64,000 nt of DNA, taken from Armatimonadota bacterium (GTDB lineage: Bacteria; Armatimonadota; SYMT01). Of the stretch, positions 19,340 through 28,762 are shown piece by piece. Location: contig JAWLHY010000001.1 of NCBI GenBank assembly GCA_041690135.1, forward strand, positions 128,001 to 192,000. The letters are read 5' to 3'. The position numbers and the translations under genes were made by a program. Positions within the stretch are counted from its first letter, which is position 1; each line of letters begins with the position of its first letter. The notes under the pieces are model-generated. The model was not told where the DNA came from. It saw nothing but the letters and a program-made list of their open reading frames with translations, and did not search any database.

Positions 19340-21424
19340 CTATCCCAGGAACTCGGCGGCGATGACTTCCGGCCGGAACGGCGTGTCGTTCTCCACGGAG
19401 AAGACGCAATCCGCTTGTTCCGGGGAGGCGACTCGTTCGCCGCGGGCCCGGACGTGCAGGGCCAGCAAGTCGTGAACGTTCGGGAGCCGCCGCTCGACGA
19501 GGGAGCGGACGGTGAGCTGGATACCCTCCAGGTTTGCGTGGACGAAGTTGTGCCACCGGGGATTGTTCCGCAGCGCCATGTCCAGCCACACCGCCTTGCG
19601 GTCGACCAGGTCGAAGACGAGAGGCAGCGCGATGCGAGTGTTGGCGGTCAGGTCCAGGCGGTCCCGCACCGTGCGGGGTTCGTAAATCTCACCTGACCCC
19701 GGCTCTTGCCTCGCCATCCAGCCGGCAAAGCATTCGGGTAGCTCGCAGTAGGGCTGCTGGGTGTAGCTGGTAAGCGACATCACCACGTAGCGGACCTCCT
19801 TCTCCAGCACCTTCTCGATCGTGATATCGATGAACTCGCTGGCGCCATCGGGGGCGTCGACGATGTCGCCGCTGTGGCAGCCGCCATAGCTCTGCAGATG
19901 GTAGTAGGAGAGGACGTCGACGTAGTTGAACTCCGCGTCCAGCAGGGTTGCGGAGAGATCGATATCGGTGCGCTCCTGGCCGTTGGTCCACCAGACAAAG
20001 AACCGGAGCACCGTGCAGTCCGGCAGCGGCAGGCGGCTTCCCCGCCCCACCATGCGAAACGAGCGAGATGCCGAACGGGCGCCGAAGGGGACGTGGTACT
20101 CCTTCAATGCCGGGTCGAGGTAGACCCGGCCGAGCGGCGGCAAGGTACTAAACCGTTCGAGGAGTGCCGCTTCGCAGATCGCCGCCGCCCCGGCGGAAAC
20201 GGCTTCGGGGAGCGGTGGAAGCTCGTTTGGAATCGCTCGGGACTTTGCTACGTTGCCTTTCGGAAAGAACACGCGGAGGGCAGGCGCCTCGTCCCGGCTG
20301 CGGAAGTGCTGGAGCAACTGCAGCAGGACGGGCGTGGATACCTGCGGGGCCGTCGCCTGGAAAGCCTTCAATACGGGCTGGGGCTGATCCGGGTCCAGGC
20401 GGAGCAGGTGATCCAGTCGCCGGGCCAGGACTCCGGGACGGGAGGCAAGCTGCTCGACCGCTACATCGACCCGGTGCTCGGTCAGCGCCCGTTCGACCCG
20501 ACTGTTGAAAGTCGTGAACGGAAGGTCGTTGCGCAGGACATCGAACGCCGCGGCAGTGCGCGGGTAGGTCTCGCAATGCTCGCCGGGGTGCAGCTTCTCC
20601 CCCAGGCGAATCCAGCGGCCCTTCCAGCGCAGCATGTCTTCCGTGAGGCTGGCCTGCCGCTCGAGTAAGCCCAGCAACAGGCGTCGCTCCGGACGGTAAA
20701 AGTTCCGGAAGCGGGTACTCCGGGCGAGCGAGACGTCCCCGCCGCTCAATGCGACCGCCAGGCGCAGCACATCGGTGGTGGTGCGGCAGTAGCGCTCCAG
20801 GAAAGCGGCCGCATCGGAGGTGTGCTCCATCAGCAGGCTCGCCAGGTAGGCCACCGTTTCCTTTTGCGGGATCCGCTCCGGTAGAAGCCGCTGGATCCCG
20901 TCTCCGTAAGTCCGCACAAACCAGGCGAGGTCCTCACGGTCCTGTTCCGAAAGGGAGGTATTGGCGCCGGCCAGTTGCCGGAAAATCTCTTCGAACTCCG
21001 CCTCCGTGCCCACCTCGATAACCGTCGGTTGAACTTCCTCCCGCAGGGCCTCGCGTTCCCGCGCTTCCGTGGGCGGTAAATACTGCCCGGCAGACCAATA
21101 ATGGACCAGGGCGTTGATGTACAGCTCGGCGGTACTCAGCTCCATCACCTGCTCCGGGAAGCCTGCATACATTGGTTGGTGCTGACGATGGGCGCCGCGG
21201 GACTTGAGCAGATCGGTGCGGAGTTGTTGATACAGGCTGGCGAGTTGCTGCAGGGAGAGGCGGGTGCAACCTTGCAGCAGGGCCTCGGAGAACACGAATC
21301 CGAGGGGTTCGAGGTTCTTGACCACCGTCAGGACGCACCGGAGGGGGAGCGGCTCCCCCACGGGTTCCGCCGCCGCGGGAAGCCCGATCTTCACTCTTCG
21401 ACGCAGGTAGATCGAATTGTTCAT
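19340..21424 (-). CDS. ROT/TROVE-like helical-repeat + C-terminal TerD-domain protein (RING-less relative of the Prok-RING_4 architecture)
   Basis: Motifs 'QPMYAGFPEQVM', 'DVLRLAVALSGGDVSL', 'WIRLGEKLHPGE', 'RPGVLARRLDHLLR', and TerD-type 'DIDLSA...HSGDIVDAPDGASEFIDI'. Confidence 0.75.
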   Translation of the reverse strand: MNNSIYLRRRVKIGLPAAAEPVGEPLPLRCVLTVVKNLEPLGFVFSEALLQGCTRLSLQQLASLYQQLRTDLLKSRGAHRQHQPMYAGFPEQVMELSTAELYINALVHYWSAGQYLPPTEAREREALREEVQPTVIEVGTEAEFEEIFRQLAGANTSLSEQDREDLAWFVRTYGDGIQRLLPERIPQKETVAYLASLLMEHTSDAAAFLERYCRTTTDVLRLAVALSGGDVSLARSTRFRNFYRPERRLLLGLLERQASLTEDMLRWKGRWIRLGEKLHPGEHCETYPRTAAAFDVLRNDLPFTTFNSRVERALTEHRVDVAVEQLASRPGVLARRLDHLLRLDPDQPQPVLKAFQATAPQVSTPVLLQLLQHFRSRDEAPALRVFFPKGNVAKSRAIPNELPPLPEAVSAGAAAICEAALLERFSTLPPLGRVYLDPALKEYHVPFGARSASRSFRMVGRGSRLPLPDCTVLRFFVWWTNGQERTDIDLSATLLDAEFNYVDVLSYYHLQSYGGCHSGDIVDAPDGASEFIDITIEKVLEKEVRYVVMSLTSYTQQPYCELPECFAGWMARQEPGSGEIYEPRTVRDRLDLTANTRIALPLVFDLVDRKAVWLDMALRNNPRWHNFVHANLEGIQLTVRSLVERRLPNVHDLLALHVRARGERVASPEQADCVFSVENDTPFRPEVIAAEFLG

Positions 21425-21455
21425 CGCCGGTGCGGGACAGGTGCGAACAACAGGT

Positions 21456-21531
21456 TGCCTTGTGGGAAGCGGAGGATCTGGTGCGACTGTTGATACAGAG
21501 TAGAAGGAAGAACCCCCATAGCCACAAGGCA
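21456..21531 (-). ncRNA. Y-RNA-like long bulged stem-loop with pyrimidine-rich loop
   Basis: UGCCUUGUGG/CCACAAGGCA stem, CUAU/GCUUC internal loop, GGGGGUUCU/AGAUCCUCC stem, then a loop beginning UCCUUCUACUC. Confidence 0.5.
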
Positions 21532-21532
21532 G

Positions 21533-21604
21533 CGGACCCGCGGGGAGTCGAACCCCGTATCTCGCTTTCCACGTGCGAGTTACTCCCTCTCGAGCGGCGG
21601 GCCG
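21533..21604 (-). ncRNA. tRNA-like (non-canonical) cloverleaf
   Basis: Acceptor GGCCCG/CGGGUC, D-arm GCUC/GAGU, stem CUCGC/GCGAG with a 9-nt loop, T-arm CGGGG-UUCGACU-CCCCG. No U8 and no CCA. Confidence 0.6.
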
Positions 21605-21658
21605 AACTCGCCTCGTGAGACGGCCGATAGTGGGCTCCCAAGGCGAGCGGAAGATTTA

Positions 21659-21688
21659 AATATATCTCGTGGCTCTTGCCAGTGTCCA
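21659..21688 (-). promoter_or_regulatory. Sigma70-like promoter for the ncRNA-TerD unit
   Basis: TGGACA-N18-TATATT on the minus strand, just upstream of the first hairpin. Confidence 0.5.
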
Positions 21689-21768
21689 CTCTGCCGGTAG
21701 GAAGTCAGAAAGCCCGAATGATATCCTCGAGAGGCAGTCGGTATCAGGCACCCGCAGGCGGGCGGGTT

Positions 21769-22137
21769 CTACCCGGCATCCCTCTGCACTCGGGTGAGGA
21801 GCTCCATGAGCTCCGGCAGACCCGTCGGTTTCACCAGGTAGTGAGCGAACCCGACCGCTTCCGCCCGGCGGCGAGTGTCGGGGTCGGTAAAGCCCGTCCA
21901 GGCGACCGCCACCGCATCCTGTAACTCGGCTACCCTTCGGAGCTCCTGGCATACCGAAAGGCCATCCACTTCCGGCATCGCGAGGTCACAGAAGATCACG
22001 TGAGGGCGAAAGCGGAGGGCTCGCTCCACGGCGCCTTTTCCGGTGTGCGCGACCTCCACCTCGTGCCCCAACGCCTGCAGGAGCTCCCCCAGGGAATCGG
22101 CCGCGTCGGCGTGATCATCGATAATCAGGATCCGCAT
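21769..22137 (-). CDS. Single-domain response regulator (receiver)
   Basis: Motifs 'ILIIDD', 'CDLAMPEVDG', 'TG' and 'LVKP'. Confidence 0.9.
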   Translation of the reverse strand: MRILIIDDHADAADSLGELLQALGHEVEVAHTGKGAVERALRFRPHVIFCDLAMPEVDGLSVCQELRRVAELQDAVAVAWTGFTDPDTRRRAEAVGFAHYLVKPTGLPELMELLTRVQRDAG

Positions 22138-22280
22138 GCCCGCCTCCGCCGAGTACAGGCCAGCAAAGACTGCATGCTACCCCTGCGTAATACTGATGGA
22201 TTATGGGCACGCTGCCCCATTTCCCGCTTAAAGTATACACAAATATTGCCGACACACTCAGGCCCCGGAAATACGAACCA

Positions 22281-22312
22281 GCCCCCAGGGAGAAGCGCTT
22301 CTCCCTGGGGGC
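22281..22312. repeat. Perfect 32-bp palindrome
   Basis: GCCCCCAGGGAGAAGC|GCTTCTCCCTGGGGGC. Confidence 0.8.
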
Positions 22313-22397
22313 GGGTGTCTGCCGGATGCCATGCGGCCATGCTCTTGTGCGGCTCTGCACAAGCCTCGCTTCAATTCACCGAGTGCAAGTTTGAATG

Positions 22398-22748
22398 TTA
22401 CGGATTGCCCAGCATCAAGTCGCGCTGTGGTGGGTCCTGTGTCTGCTCCCACTCCGCCTGTGCCGTGTTCAGGGTATGAGACGCTTCCTGGCGGTCAAGC
22501 TCTGCCAGAAAGTGATCGCTGCGAGCGTGCCCGAAGGCTTTCAGCGCCTTCGTCCAGGCCTGGTGGGCCAGATCCCACTGCTGCTGCGCTTCTTCCCACA
22601 CCAGTAAGGCCTGATCCCAGTTCCCTTCCGCGTGGGTCCACGCTTCCGCGGCGCGGCGCCACGCCTGCTGGGCCTGCTCCCACGCTCTTTGGGCGTCTTC
22701 CGGGATGGGGGTAGTGTTGGTCGGTGGTGGGGCGGGCTTACTCTCCAT
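22398..22748 (-). CDS. Small hypothetical protein with Trp-heptad coiled coil
   Basis: AGGAGG RBS before ATG 22748; Trp every 7 residues, seven times. Confidence 0.6.
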   Translation of the reverse strand: MESKPAPPPTNTTPIPEDAQRAWEQAQQAWRRAAEAWTHAEGNWDQALLVWEEAQQQWDLAHQAWTKALKAFGHARSDHFLAELDRQEASHTLNTAQAEWEQTQDPPQRDLMLGNP

Positions 22749-23066
22749 AGACAGACCTCCTGACTCGGTGGCATTTGCCCGCTGCCGACCGATTCGAAAC
22801 GGTATCTCCCGATCAGTGGAGGGTGGTTCATCCACGCCTTGTGGGAAACGGAGATCTCTACGGACGTGGCGTAAACGGCGGCTCGGAAGGAAAACGGTCA
22901 TTCGTAAAAGCAGCGGAAGAATGTGATTGAGCACTTCCCCGGGGTTGTCGAAAAGGAACGTGCCTCTCAGAGAGGCTTCTCTCCCCTGCGTCCCCGGACC
23001 GTGCATGCGTGGTCGCTACGGGCGGGATGCCGACGAGCAGGATTTGTCAGGGGAGCGATCGGAAGG

Positions 23067-23441
23067 ATGGAGATGATGGCCGCTGTTCAGGCGTGGTGGT
23101 GTGAGTCGGATTTAGACGTCCGCGACCGAACCGCCCCCAATTCCCCGGGAAGTTCCGAGGGCGAGGCGGAGGCGCCGGACTGCAGAGATGTGCAGGCTGG
23201 CGAGCAAGAGATTCCGCCAGAGGAGGTCACCAGGCTGTTGTTGTGCCTCACGGATGCCCTGGAACTAGCCGCCCAGGGAGAGCCGGGTCGCGGTCACCTC
23301 AAGCTCCTGGGTGGATTGGTGCGTGCCGCCTCGCTCCGGAAGGAGAATGCTGCGGGTGCGGAACGCCTGTATGCCTACTGGGAAAAGGCTCTTGCCACCT
23401 ACCGTGCCCAGTACCCGCAAGTTGCCGGGTCGGAGGACTGA
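23067..23441 (+). CDS. Hypothetical protein with unnamed helical domain
   Basis: 'ALELAAQGEPGRGHLKLLGGLVRA...LYAYWEKALATYRAQY'; start position uncertain. Confidence 0.55.
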   Translation: MEMMAAVQAWWCESDLDVRDRTAPNSPGSSEGEAEAPDCRDVQAGEQEIPPEEVTRLLLCLTDALELAAQGEPGRGHLKLLGGLVRAASLRKENAAGAERLYAYWEKALATYRAQYPQVAGSED

Positions 23442-23472
23442 GGGTTACGGGTACCCACCCGCCTCCCACGCT

Positions 23473-23847
23473 TCATCGCCTCGACAGCTCTGTGGCGATC
23501 CGCTGCAGTAACGCGAAGAGCTGGTCGGGCTCCGTTGGCTTCGGCAGGAAGTGGTCAAAGCCGGCTTCTGCGGCTTGCCTCTGCGTTGCCTGATCGGTGT
23601 AGCCGGACCAGGCGACCAGCACCACGTCTTGCAGCTCGGGATGCTCCCGGACTTGCCGTGCTACGGACAACCCATCCATTTCCGGCATGGCAAGGTCGCA
23701 AAGGAGCACGTGCGGGCGCCATTCCTGCATGTGCTGCAGGGCCCAGATACCCGAATGGACCGACACCGCCTTGAGGTCTTTCATCCGCAGTAGTTCCGCC
23801 AGCGTGTCTGCGGCATCCGCGACATCATCGACCACGAGGATCCGCAT
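23473..23847 (-). CDS. Single-domain response regulator (receiver)
   Basis: Motifs 'ILVVDD', 'CDLAMPEMDG' and 'LPKP'; AAGGAG RBS; paralog of 21769-22137. Confidence 0.9.
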   Translation of the reverse strand: MRILVVDDVADAADTLAELLRMKDLKAVSVHSGIWALQHMQEWRPHVLLCDLAMPEMDGLSVARQVREHPELQDVVLVAWSGYTDQATQRQAAEAGFDHFLPKPTEPDQLFALLQRIATELSRR

Positions 23848-23994
23848 CCCACACTCCTTCAGAGCATCGCGGCAGTCTGCTTGCTGCCTACAGATTTGCT
23901 AGAAGAGTAAGCGAGCCCTGCCCGAAAACCTGAAGATTAGCCTATGTGGGGGTAGAATCTTTTGGCGGCTACCGCAACTCCCCCGTAGGGACGA

Positions 23995-24594
23995 ATGAGA
24001 TTAGCTCTTGTGGACAACGCGGTGCCGGTCGAAAGAGGGCAGGTTGTTCAGCTCGATCCCTTGCGCCTGATGTCAGATTCTCCCATCCCCGAGCTGGAAG
24101 TGCGATACCTCATTGCTGCTCTCCGCGAAGCCGAAGCCTTTGCCACCGAGGGCAAGACGGCCGAAGGACTTGCCCTCCTGGATGCCGGATTGCAACGAGT
24201 GACGGATCAAGTACCCGATTCCGAACCCTGGAAGGTTACGCTGCGGGGACCGGGGCACGGTGGTATCAATTCCCACGCGGCGCAACCAGGGAGCCGCACT
24301 ACACCGCTGGGATTATCCGTCCAAGGTACAATCTGGCTCAGTCGTGGCGACTACCGCCCTGGGAGGTGTTCCATGGTTCCAGAAGAAGATCAGCGGTTCT
24401 TCGCCCTGGTTTACTCCGAGGCTGAGGCGGAAGCCGCACAGGGTAACCGGATCCGGGGGGACGTGTGGCTGCGGGAAGGGCTTCAACGCGCCCAGGAAAC
24501 AGAAGGCCCACATCAGGCCGCTCTGGTCGAACTGTGGAGTTCCGGCCTGCGACGCTTCCAGGAGCGGCACCCGACCGAGTGGTATTCGGAGTGA
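23995..24594 (+). CDS. Hypothetical protein with two copies of the unnamed helical domain (possibly a separate gene from ATG 24373)
   Basis: 'AEAFATEGKTAEGLALLDAGLQRV' and 'AEAEAAQGNRIRGDVWLREGLQRA...LVELWSSGLRRFQERH'; GGGAGGTG RBS before 24373. Confidence 0.5.
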   Translation: MRLALVDNAVPVERGQVVQLDPLRLMSDSPIPELEVRYLIAALREAEAFATEGKTAEGLALLDAGLQRVTDQVPDSEPWKVTLRGPGHGGINSHAAQPGSRTTPLGLSVQGTIWLSRGDYRPGRCSMVPEEDQRFFALVYSEAEAEAAQGNRIRGDVWLREGLQRAQETEGPHQAALVELWSSGLRRFQERHPTEWYSE

Positions 24595-24679
24595 TTGTCG
24601 CCGCAACGCTTCTCTTTCGGGGCGTCTGCATTCGCGGAAATTGCTCTGAAGTTGCCATCCCGTAACCAGGCCATTCCTC

Positions 24680-25396
24680 ATGGAGTTCGAAAGACCTTCG
24701 CATCCAGCCCCAGGGGCCACGGAAGCGCCTCGCCCCTTGGTACCCGACGACGTGACGTCCGCCCTGGCATCGACCGTCGATAGCGCTCACGCTCTGGCCG
24801 AAGCGGGCGCGGTTTTCGCCGGCTGGTTGCTCCTGGTTAGCGGCCTGGAGCGCGCCAACCCCTCGGTGGGGGCTGTGCCGGCATGGCATGGGGAATTGCT
24901 CGGCCTCTACTCTTTGGCGCTGGAAGTCTATGAAGAGCGATGGTGGGGAGAATGGGCCGCATGCCAGGAGCAGGAGACGGTACTACTCGGCATTTGTGCC
25001 GATCGGGCGCTCCAGCAGGCCTATGCACTCGCAGTTGAGCGGAGGCAGTGGGATCTGGCTGTGTGTTTCGCGCGGGCTCGGCGAGCCACCGCGTACCGGG
25101 GATGGATAGAGGGTATGGGGCGCGGTTTGCCGCTTGAGGATCATTTCCGAACCGCCGCGACGACCCAGACGCCCAACCTCTCTCCCCCGGTCCACGAGTT
25201 GGAAGCAGTAGGTCAGTTCGCGGTCCGCGCGATTCACCTCGCCCAAGCGGGCCGGCTTGCGGACGGCTACACCTTGCTGCTCACGGGTTATGAACGCGCC
25301 CGGTTCCACACTTCGGCGCCGTGGGGGCCGTCGTTGGTTCAGGGTTGGGAAGATGTACTCTGGGCCTATTGCGAGCGTTTTGGCGTTCGGGATTAA
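24680..25396 (+). CDS. Hypothetical protein with two copies of the unnamed helical domain
   Basis: 'AHALAEAGAVFAGWLLLVSGLERA' and 'AIHLAQAGRLADGYTLLLTGYERA...PWGPSLVQGWEDVLWAYCERF'. Confidence 0.55.
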   Translation: MEFERPSHPAPGATEAPRPLVPDDVTSALASTVDSAHALAEAGAVFAGWLLLVSGLERANPSVGAVPAWHGELLGLYSLALEVYEERWWGEWAACQEQETVLLGICADRALQQAYALAVERRQWDLAVCFARARRATAYRGWIEGMGRGLPLEDHFRTAATTQTPNLSPPVHELEAVGQFAVRAIHLAQAGRLADGYTLLLTGYERARFHTSAPWGPSLVQGWEDVLWAYCERFGVRD

Positions 25397-25458
25397 GCCC
25401 AGTCACGCGGTAACAAACTGCGACATTCCGGTCCTGGACGCACCGGCAACCCCGCGAG

Positions 25459-25953
25459 CTATATGAGGCTCAGGACCACCCAGAAGAAGGCCATCAAGCC
25501 GGCCACGAACGCTCCGCATAGCAACGCCGCTACGAAGCGGGGATTGCCGCCCTCGGGACGGACCTTTCCCTGCCGACGGCGCATACCGTCACAATCGGGG
25601 CAAAACGCGCCGAACGTCTCTTCGACCCGCGGGCGCATTCCTTCACGCAGTACGCGATCTTCTCGCGTGCCCACCACGCGCTGCCGCGTCACATGCTGGG
25701 GAAAGAGCTGGGCGCATCCGTGACAGCGGACCTGTCGGTGCTCGTGGCAGACCGGGTCACCTTCCGGAGAATAGCCACCATAGGGGCACTTCTCCGAACG
25801 GGGTGCGTTCAGAGAGTAGGCACTCATCGGTTTCGCGCAGACCGAACACGCGAAAGGAGGGCGACAGCCACATCCGGGACAAGCATCTGCCTGGCTGGCG
25901 ACTGGACCGCTACACGCGCGGCAGCGTAGAGGGGTTTTAGCTTTTTCCTGCAT
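25459..25953 (-). CDS. Cys-rich zinc-ribbon protein with C-terminal TM helix
   Basis: CRAC, CPGC, CSVC, CHGC and CPDC pairs with a hydrophobic C-terminus. Confidence 0.6.
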   Translation of the reverse strand: MQEKAKTPLRCRACSGPVASQADACPGCGCRPPFACSVCAKPMSAYSLNAPRSEKCPYGGYSPEGDPVCHEHRQVRCHGCAQLFPQHVTRQRVVGTREDRVLREGMRPRVEETFGAFCPDCDGMRRRQGKVRPEGGNPRFVAALLCGAFVAGLMAFFWVVLSLI

Positions 25954-26520
25954 TCAATCTTCGATCCGGTTCACTCCCCGAACATTCTCGGCTCATTCGG
26001 CGAAGTTCTGCACCCGGTTGGCCGTGGCCGGCAACAGGCCTGGCCAGTGGGGAGTTCCCCTACCGCGATTCATTCGGCAGCAAGAGCCCAGGCGAAAGCC
26101 CAGAATGCATAGAGACCCCTTGGGGACCTGCAAGCGCTGGACGAATGGTCCGGATGGCCGACGTTGGGCCTGGCACCGGGTCCGACCACTTCTTCAGCGC
26201 GGACCCGGATCGGAAACACATCGAGGTGAGCCAGTGATTCTGTCGCTGGGACGCCTGGAACGAAGAGGAGTTGGGCGCGCCGGATAACGCCGGAAGCACG
26301 ATACTCACCGACGCCGCCAGAAGCGGGCCGCACTGCGGGGGTTGCCCACCCGGTCGGTTTGCCGTATGAGCCGTGACGGAGTGGCCAGCGTATGATAGGC
26401 ACCCGGTTGACGGAAATGAGATTAACGCGGCCGACCCGCTCTCCGTCAAACAGGGCAGTAGCAAGTACCTTCCCGCCAACGGGCGACGCCCGCTGGGGCT
26501 CCCCAGGAGTGAGTTCAGAC

Positions 26521-28620
26521 ATGCAGAATCGCCTCCTCTGCTTTACGGGGCTGGCGCTGGCTGGCCTGGTGGCCGGCGGTGCTGCGCCGGCCGCACCAGT
26601 CGCGCCGAAGAAGGCGCCCGCGCGCAAGCCGGCTTCCCGCACGCCGTCGAAGTCTGTCGCTCCGAAGCCGGCGAAGCCGGCCAACAAGACTGCAGCGGTT
26701 CCGAAAAGCTCGGTTGAGCCGGTCTACAGCGTGGTGAGTCCCCTCGGTGATCCCACGATGAAGATGATCACGATGGCTCCGCGCCTCGACACCCTGGCCG
26801 GCAAGAAGGTCTGCCTGGTCTGGAACCAGGCGTTCCAGGCCGACATCACCCTCCCCGCGATTGAAGAAGCGCTGAAGGAGAAGTACCCCGACATCAAGAT
26901 CATTCCCTACACGGAAATCGACGCCGCGATCCAGGCGGCGAGTCGTATGGGAGCCACTCCGCAGCCTTCCGCGCGCCGGCCTCGACCGGGCGCTCGTTTC
27001 GGCGCGCGCGGAACCACTCCGGGCCGGGGGGTACCGCCCGCCTCGAGAGGCCCCTCTCCTGCCGGTGAGGCTCCGGAGGCGGACGGCGATACCTCTGCGG
27101 CCGAAGCGTCCATCCTGCAGGCCGTGCTCAAGGAAAAGGGCTGCGACGCAATCATCAGCGGAAACGGTGGTTGAGGGACCTGCACCCCCCGCGCGGTCCG
27201 CGCGGTTATCGCCGCAGAGAAAATCGGTATTCCGGGGGTGGTCGTCACCGCTCCCGGCTTTGACGAGCAGGCGCGCGCTGTGGCCATCGATCAGGGCGTG
27301 CCGTCAGTCCAGGTCGCCGTCTATCCGGGTCCGTTCGATCTTCACTCGGATGAGGAACTCCGGAAGAACAGCAAATCGGTCGTCGTCCCTCAGGTCATTC
27401 AGGGGCTGACCCGGCCCATCCCCGCGGCGGACACCCACGTCGGGCGGCGAAAGGAGATTGCATTTACTGGGACCCTCGACGCCGTCAACCGGTACTTCAC
27501 AGATAACAAGTGGAGTGATGGGCTGGCCATTATTCCACCGACCGTGGATAGGATCCAGGAGTTTCTAAAGTACACCGGATACTCGCCGGATGAGGAGATC
27601 GCCGTGCTCCCGGCGGCGAACCTGCGGGCTACGCCGCGGAACATCGCGGCGAATGCCGTGATGGCCGGCTGCCGGCCCGAGCATATGCCCATATTGATCG
27701 CGGCAGTCAAGGCGCTAGGCGACCCAGCGGCCCGCTTATCCATGTCCGGCGGCAGCACCCATTCGTTCGTCCACTTTTACCTGGTGAACGGGCCGTTGGC
27801 CCGGCAGCTTCGGATCGATCATGGCCAGGGCCTGATCGCTCACTCCACGAACCAGGTCATCGGCCGTGCCATGGGCCTGATCGAGAGGAACATAGCGGGT
27901 TACCGGATACAGGAATCCCAGATGGGCACCTTCGGTAAAACGCAGTCCTGGGTATTGGCGGAAGATGAAGCAATACTCGCGAAGATCGGATGGAGTCCTT
28001 ATCACGTGGAGAAGGGCTTCTCGAATGATACGAACACGGTCGCCGTGGCCAACAGCACCCTCTGGGGGCAGAACCTGATTCCGGCAACCTCCGATCCCAA
28101 GACGGTCATGGAGCTTATGGCGTATGGAGTGACGCGCGGCGAGATGTTCGCCAGCGGCATGATTGATTCACGTCGCTATCTAATGGTGACGCCAGGAGTC
28201 GCCGAGGTGCTCGCGGGCGGTGGTTATACGAAAAGCGCTCTGATCGAGGATGTGAGGGTGAACGCGAGAAGGATCACGCATGAATGGGTCTTCTCGAAGG
28301 TGCATGGCTCGTTCGGCAGGGTGCTGGGATCCTTTGAAGATGAGCTTGCCCGGTCCATGAGCGCGCCCGGCGCGGAGAAGGGGAAACTGCCGCCCTGGTA
28401 TCCCCGAGTCCCTGGATGGGAAGAGGTTGTAACAACGCCGGCCGCCACGCGTGGGAAACTACAGCTTATCGTCTGTGGAGACGCGAATAGAAATAAAGTG
28501 CAGATACTGGCTGGCGGTATGGGCGCCTCCATCAAGGAAGTACGACTGCCGGCAAACTGGGATGAGCTGATGAAGAAATCGGGTTACCGGCCGGTCGGAG
28601 AGTTCTCTATCAGGAAATAG
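26521..28620 (+). CDS. UGSC-family selenoprotein (Sec at TGA 27172-27174), secreted
   Basis: ORFs 26392-27174 and 27238-28620 are in the same frame, and read-through gives 'DAIISGNGG-U-GTCTP'. A hairpin CCGCGCG-GUC-CGCGCGG follows. The downstream part has 'WSDGLAIIPPT' and 'NAVMAGCRPE'. Confidence 0.8.
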
Positions 28621-28762
28621 ATCGTACACCACGGGTTGGTGAATGAGGCGGTATTCGGAGCCCGGAGCGGTGACTCTCCGGGCTCCGCCTGAGTGCCGCA
28701 CCGCCGGCCGGGGTGAAGGCCCCAGGCCGGCGGTACTGTCGTGGCTCCTTTCCTTACAATTG

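Noticed and set aside
21533-21604. Functional canonical tRNA
   Set aside because: It has a 9-nt anticodon loop, no U8, a mismatched first pair and no CCA; reported instead as a tRNA-like element.
25960-26510. Small ORFs in the 550-bp gap before the UGSC gene
   Set aside because: No motif, RBS or codon-pattern support in any frame.
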